From the NCBI GenBank assembly GCA_951804945.1, contig OX638155.1:2604001-2668000 (forward strand): a stretch of 64,000 nucleotides of DNA, written 5' to 3'. Of this stretch, positions 63,292 to 64,000 are shown piece by piece. Both the position numbers and the translations under genes were made by a program. This DNA comes from Podarcis cretensis. Lineage: Eukaryota. Every line of letters starts with the position of its first letter. Within the stretch, counting starts at the first letter, position 1. The notes below the pieces were generated by a model. It was not told where the DNA came from, searched no databases, and saw only the letters and a program-made list of their open reading frames with translations.

Positions 63292-64000
63292 GTAAGTTAT
63301 CACATTTCAGTACTTACTCAACATTATGGTTCCTTCATGATTATAGTGAATAAGTTACATTTCTGACAAACATTTATTTCCTCACAAACTGTAAAGTGAG
63401 ATTTATGGCTATTTTCCTCTATTTTAAATTGTGGGCAGACCCTCTCTTTCTCACATTCAGTTTGTGAGTGATTTAAAGAAAAATAGCCTGACATCTAATC
63501 CCTATCACGCTTCCAGTGACTTAACTGGAAGTGTGAGGTGGGATTAGAAGACTCCCTGCATTTTATGTCTGTCCTGCAAGGGCATTGAGTTTCTAACTCT
63601 TGTAGAGCAAAAGCTATGAGGCAGAATCTGTAGGCACCATTCAAGGCTATTGCATTTTGAGAGATGAGCCACTTCCACTTCAGTGTTTTTAGTCAATGAT
63701 TGAAGTCGGAGCTGTGATTGATGATTGGCGTTTTTGCAAGGCACTTGGCCCTTCTCCATACTTGTTGTCTGAAAGACCAAAGAGCTGTTTGTAGCGAATG
63801 GATAAAGAACTCCTGGCCTGTGCTGAAACAGGGAGTCTACTTCTGGATTCAATGTGTCACTGTTACTTGGTCACTTCTGCTTCTTAAAAGCATAATTCAC
63901 CAGGGAGGACAACCGTCACAGGTTCACCTTGGCTGGAAACCAAGCCACCACCACCACCACACCTGGTTCATTTTGAAGGGATTTGCTTATTCTTTATAAG

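Overview
This is vertebrate, not microbial, DNA. The repeat content (Sauria SINEs, a Squam3-type SINE with a (CTT)n tail, BovB, CR1, L2) points to a squamate reptile, probably a lacertid lizard. The only host gene I can support is the 5' end of RALGAPA2 on the + strand: a CpG-island promoter at about 48.6-49.3 kb and coding exons 1-3 (49086-49191, 60526-60636, 63242-63291), which splice in frame. The gene continues beyond the window. The 48 kb upstream is intergenic, with degraded LINEs, SINEs, many non-autonomous hAT and Tc1/mariner-Tigger MITEs, and repeat-free stretches that may be conserved enhancers. Nearly all entries in the ORF track are TE remnants or chance ORFs. The most unusual items are: (1) a complete 1.8-kb retroposed element in intron 1 with L1-type ends, a 21-bp TSD and an orphan ORF but no RT; (2) a 109-bp near-identical inverted templated insertion about 0.6 kb upstream of the promoter; (3) a long hairpin in intron 1; (4) MITEs carrying the same ZNF143-type motif as the promoter; (5) compensatory changes in Sauria SINE 3' stem-loops. 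TE family names come from my recall of consensus sequences; no searches were run. I cannot establish a wholly new biological system from this window.
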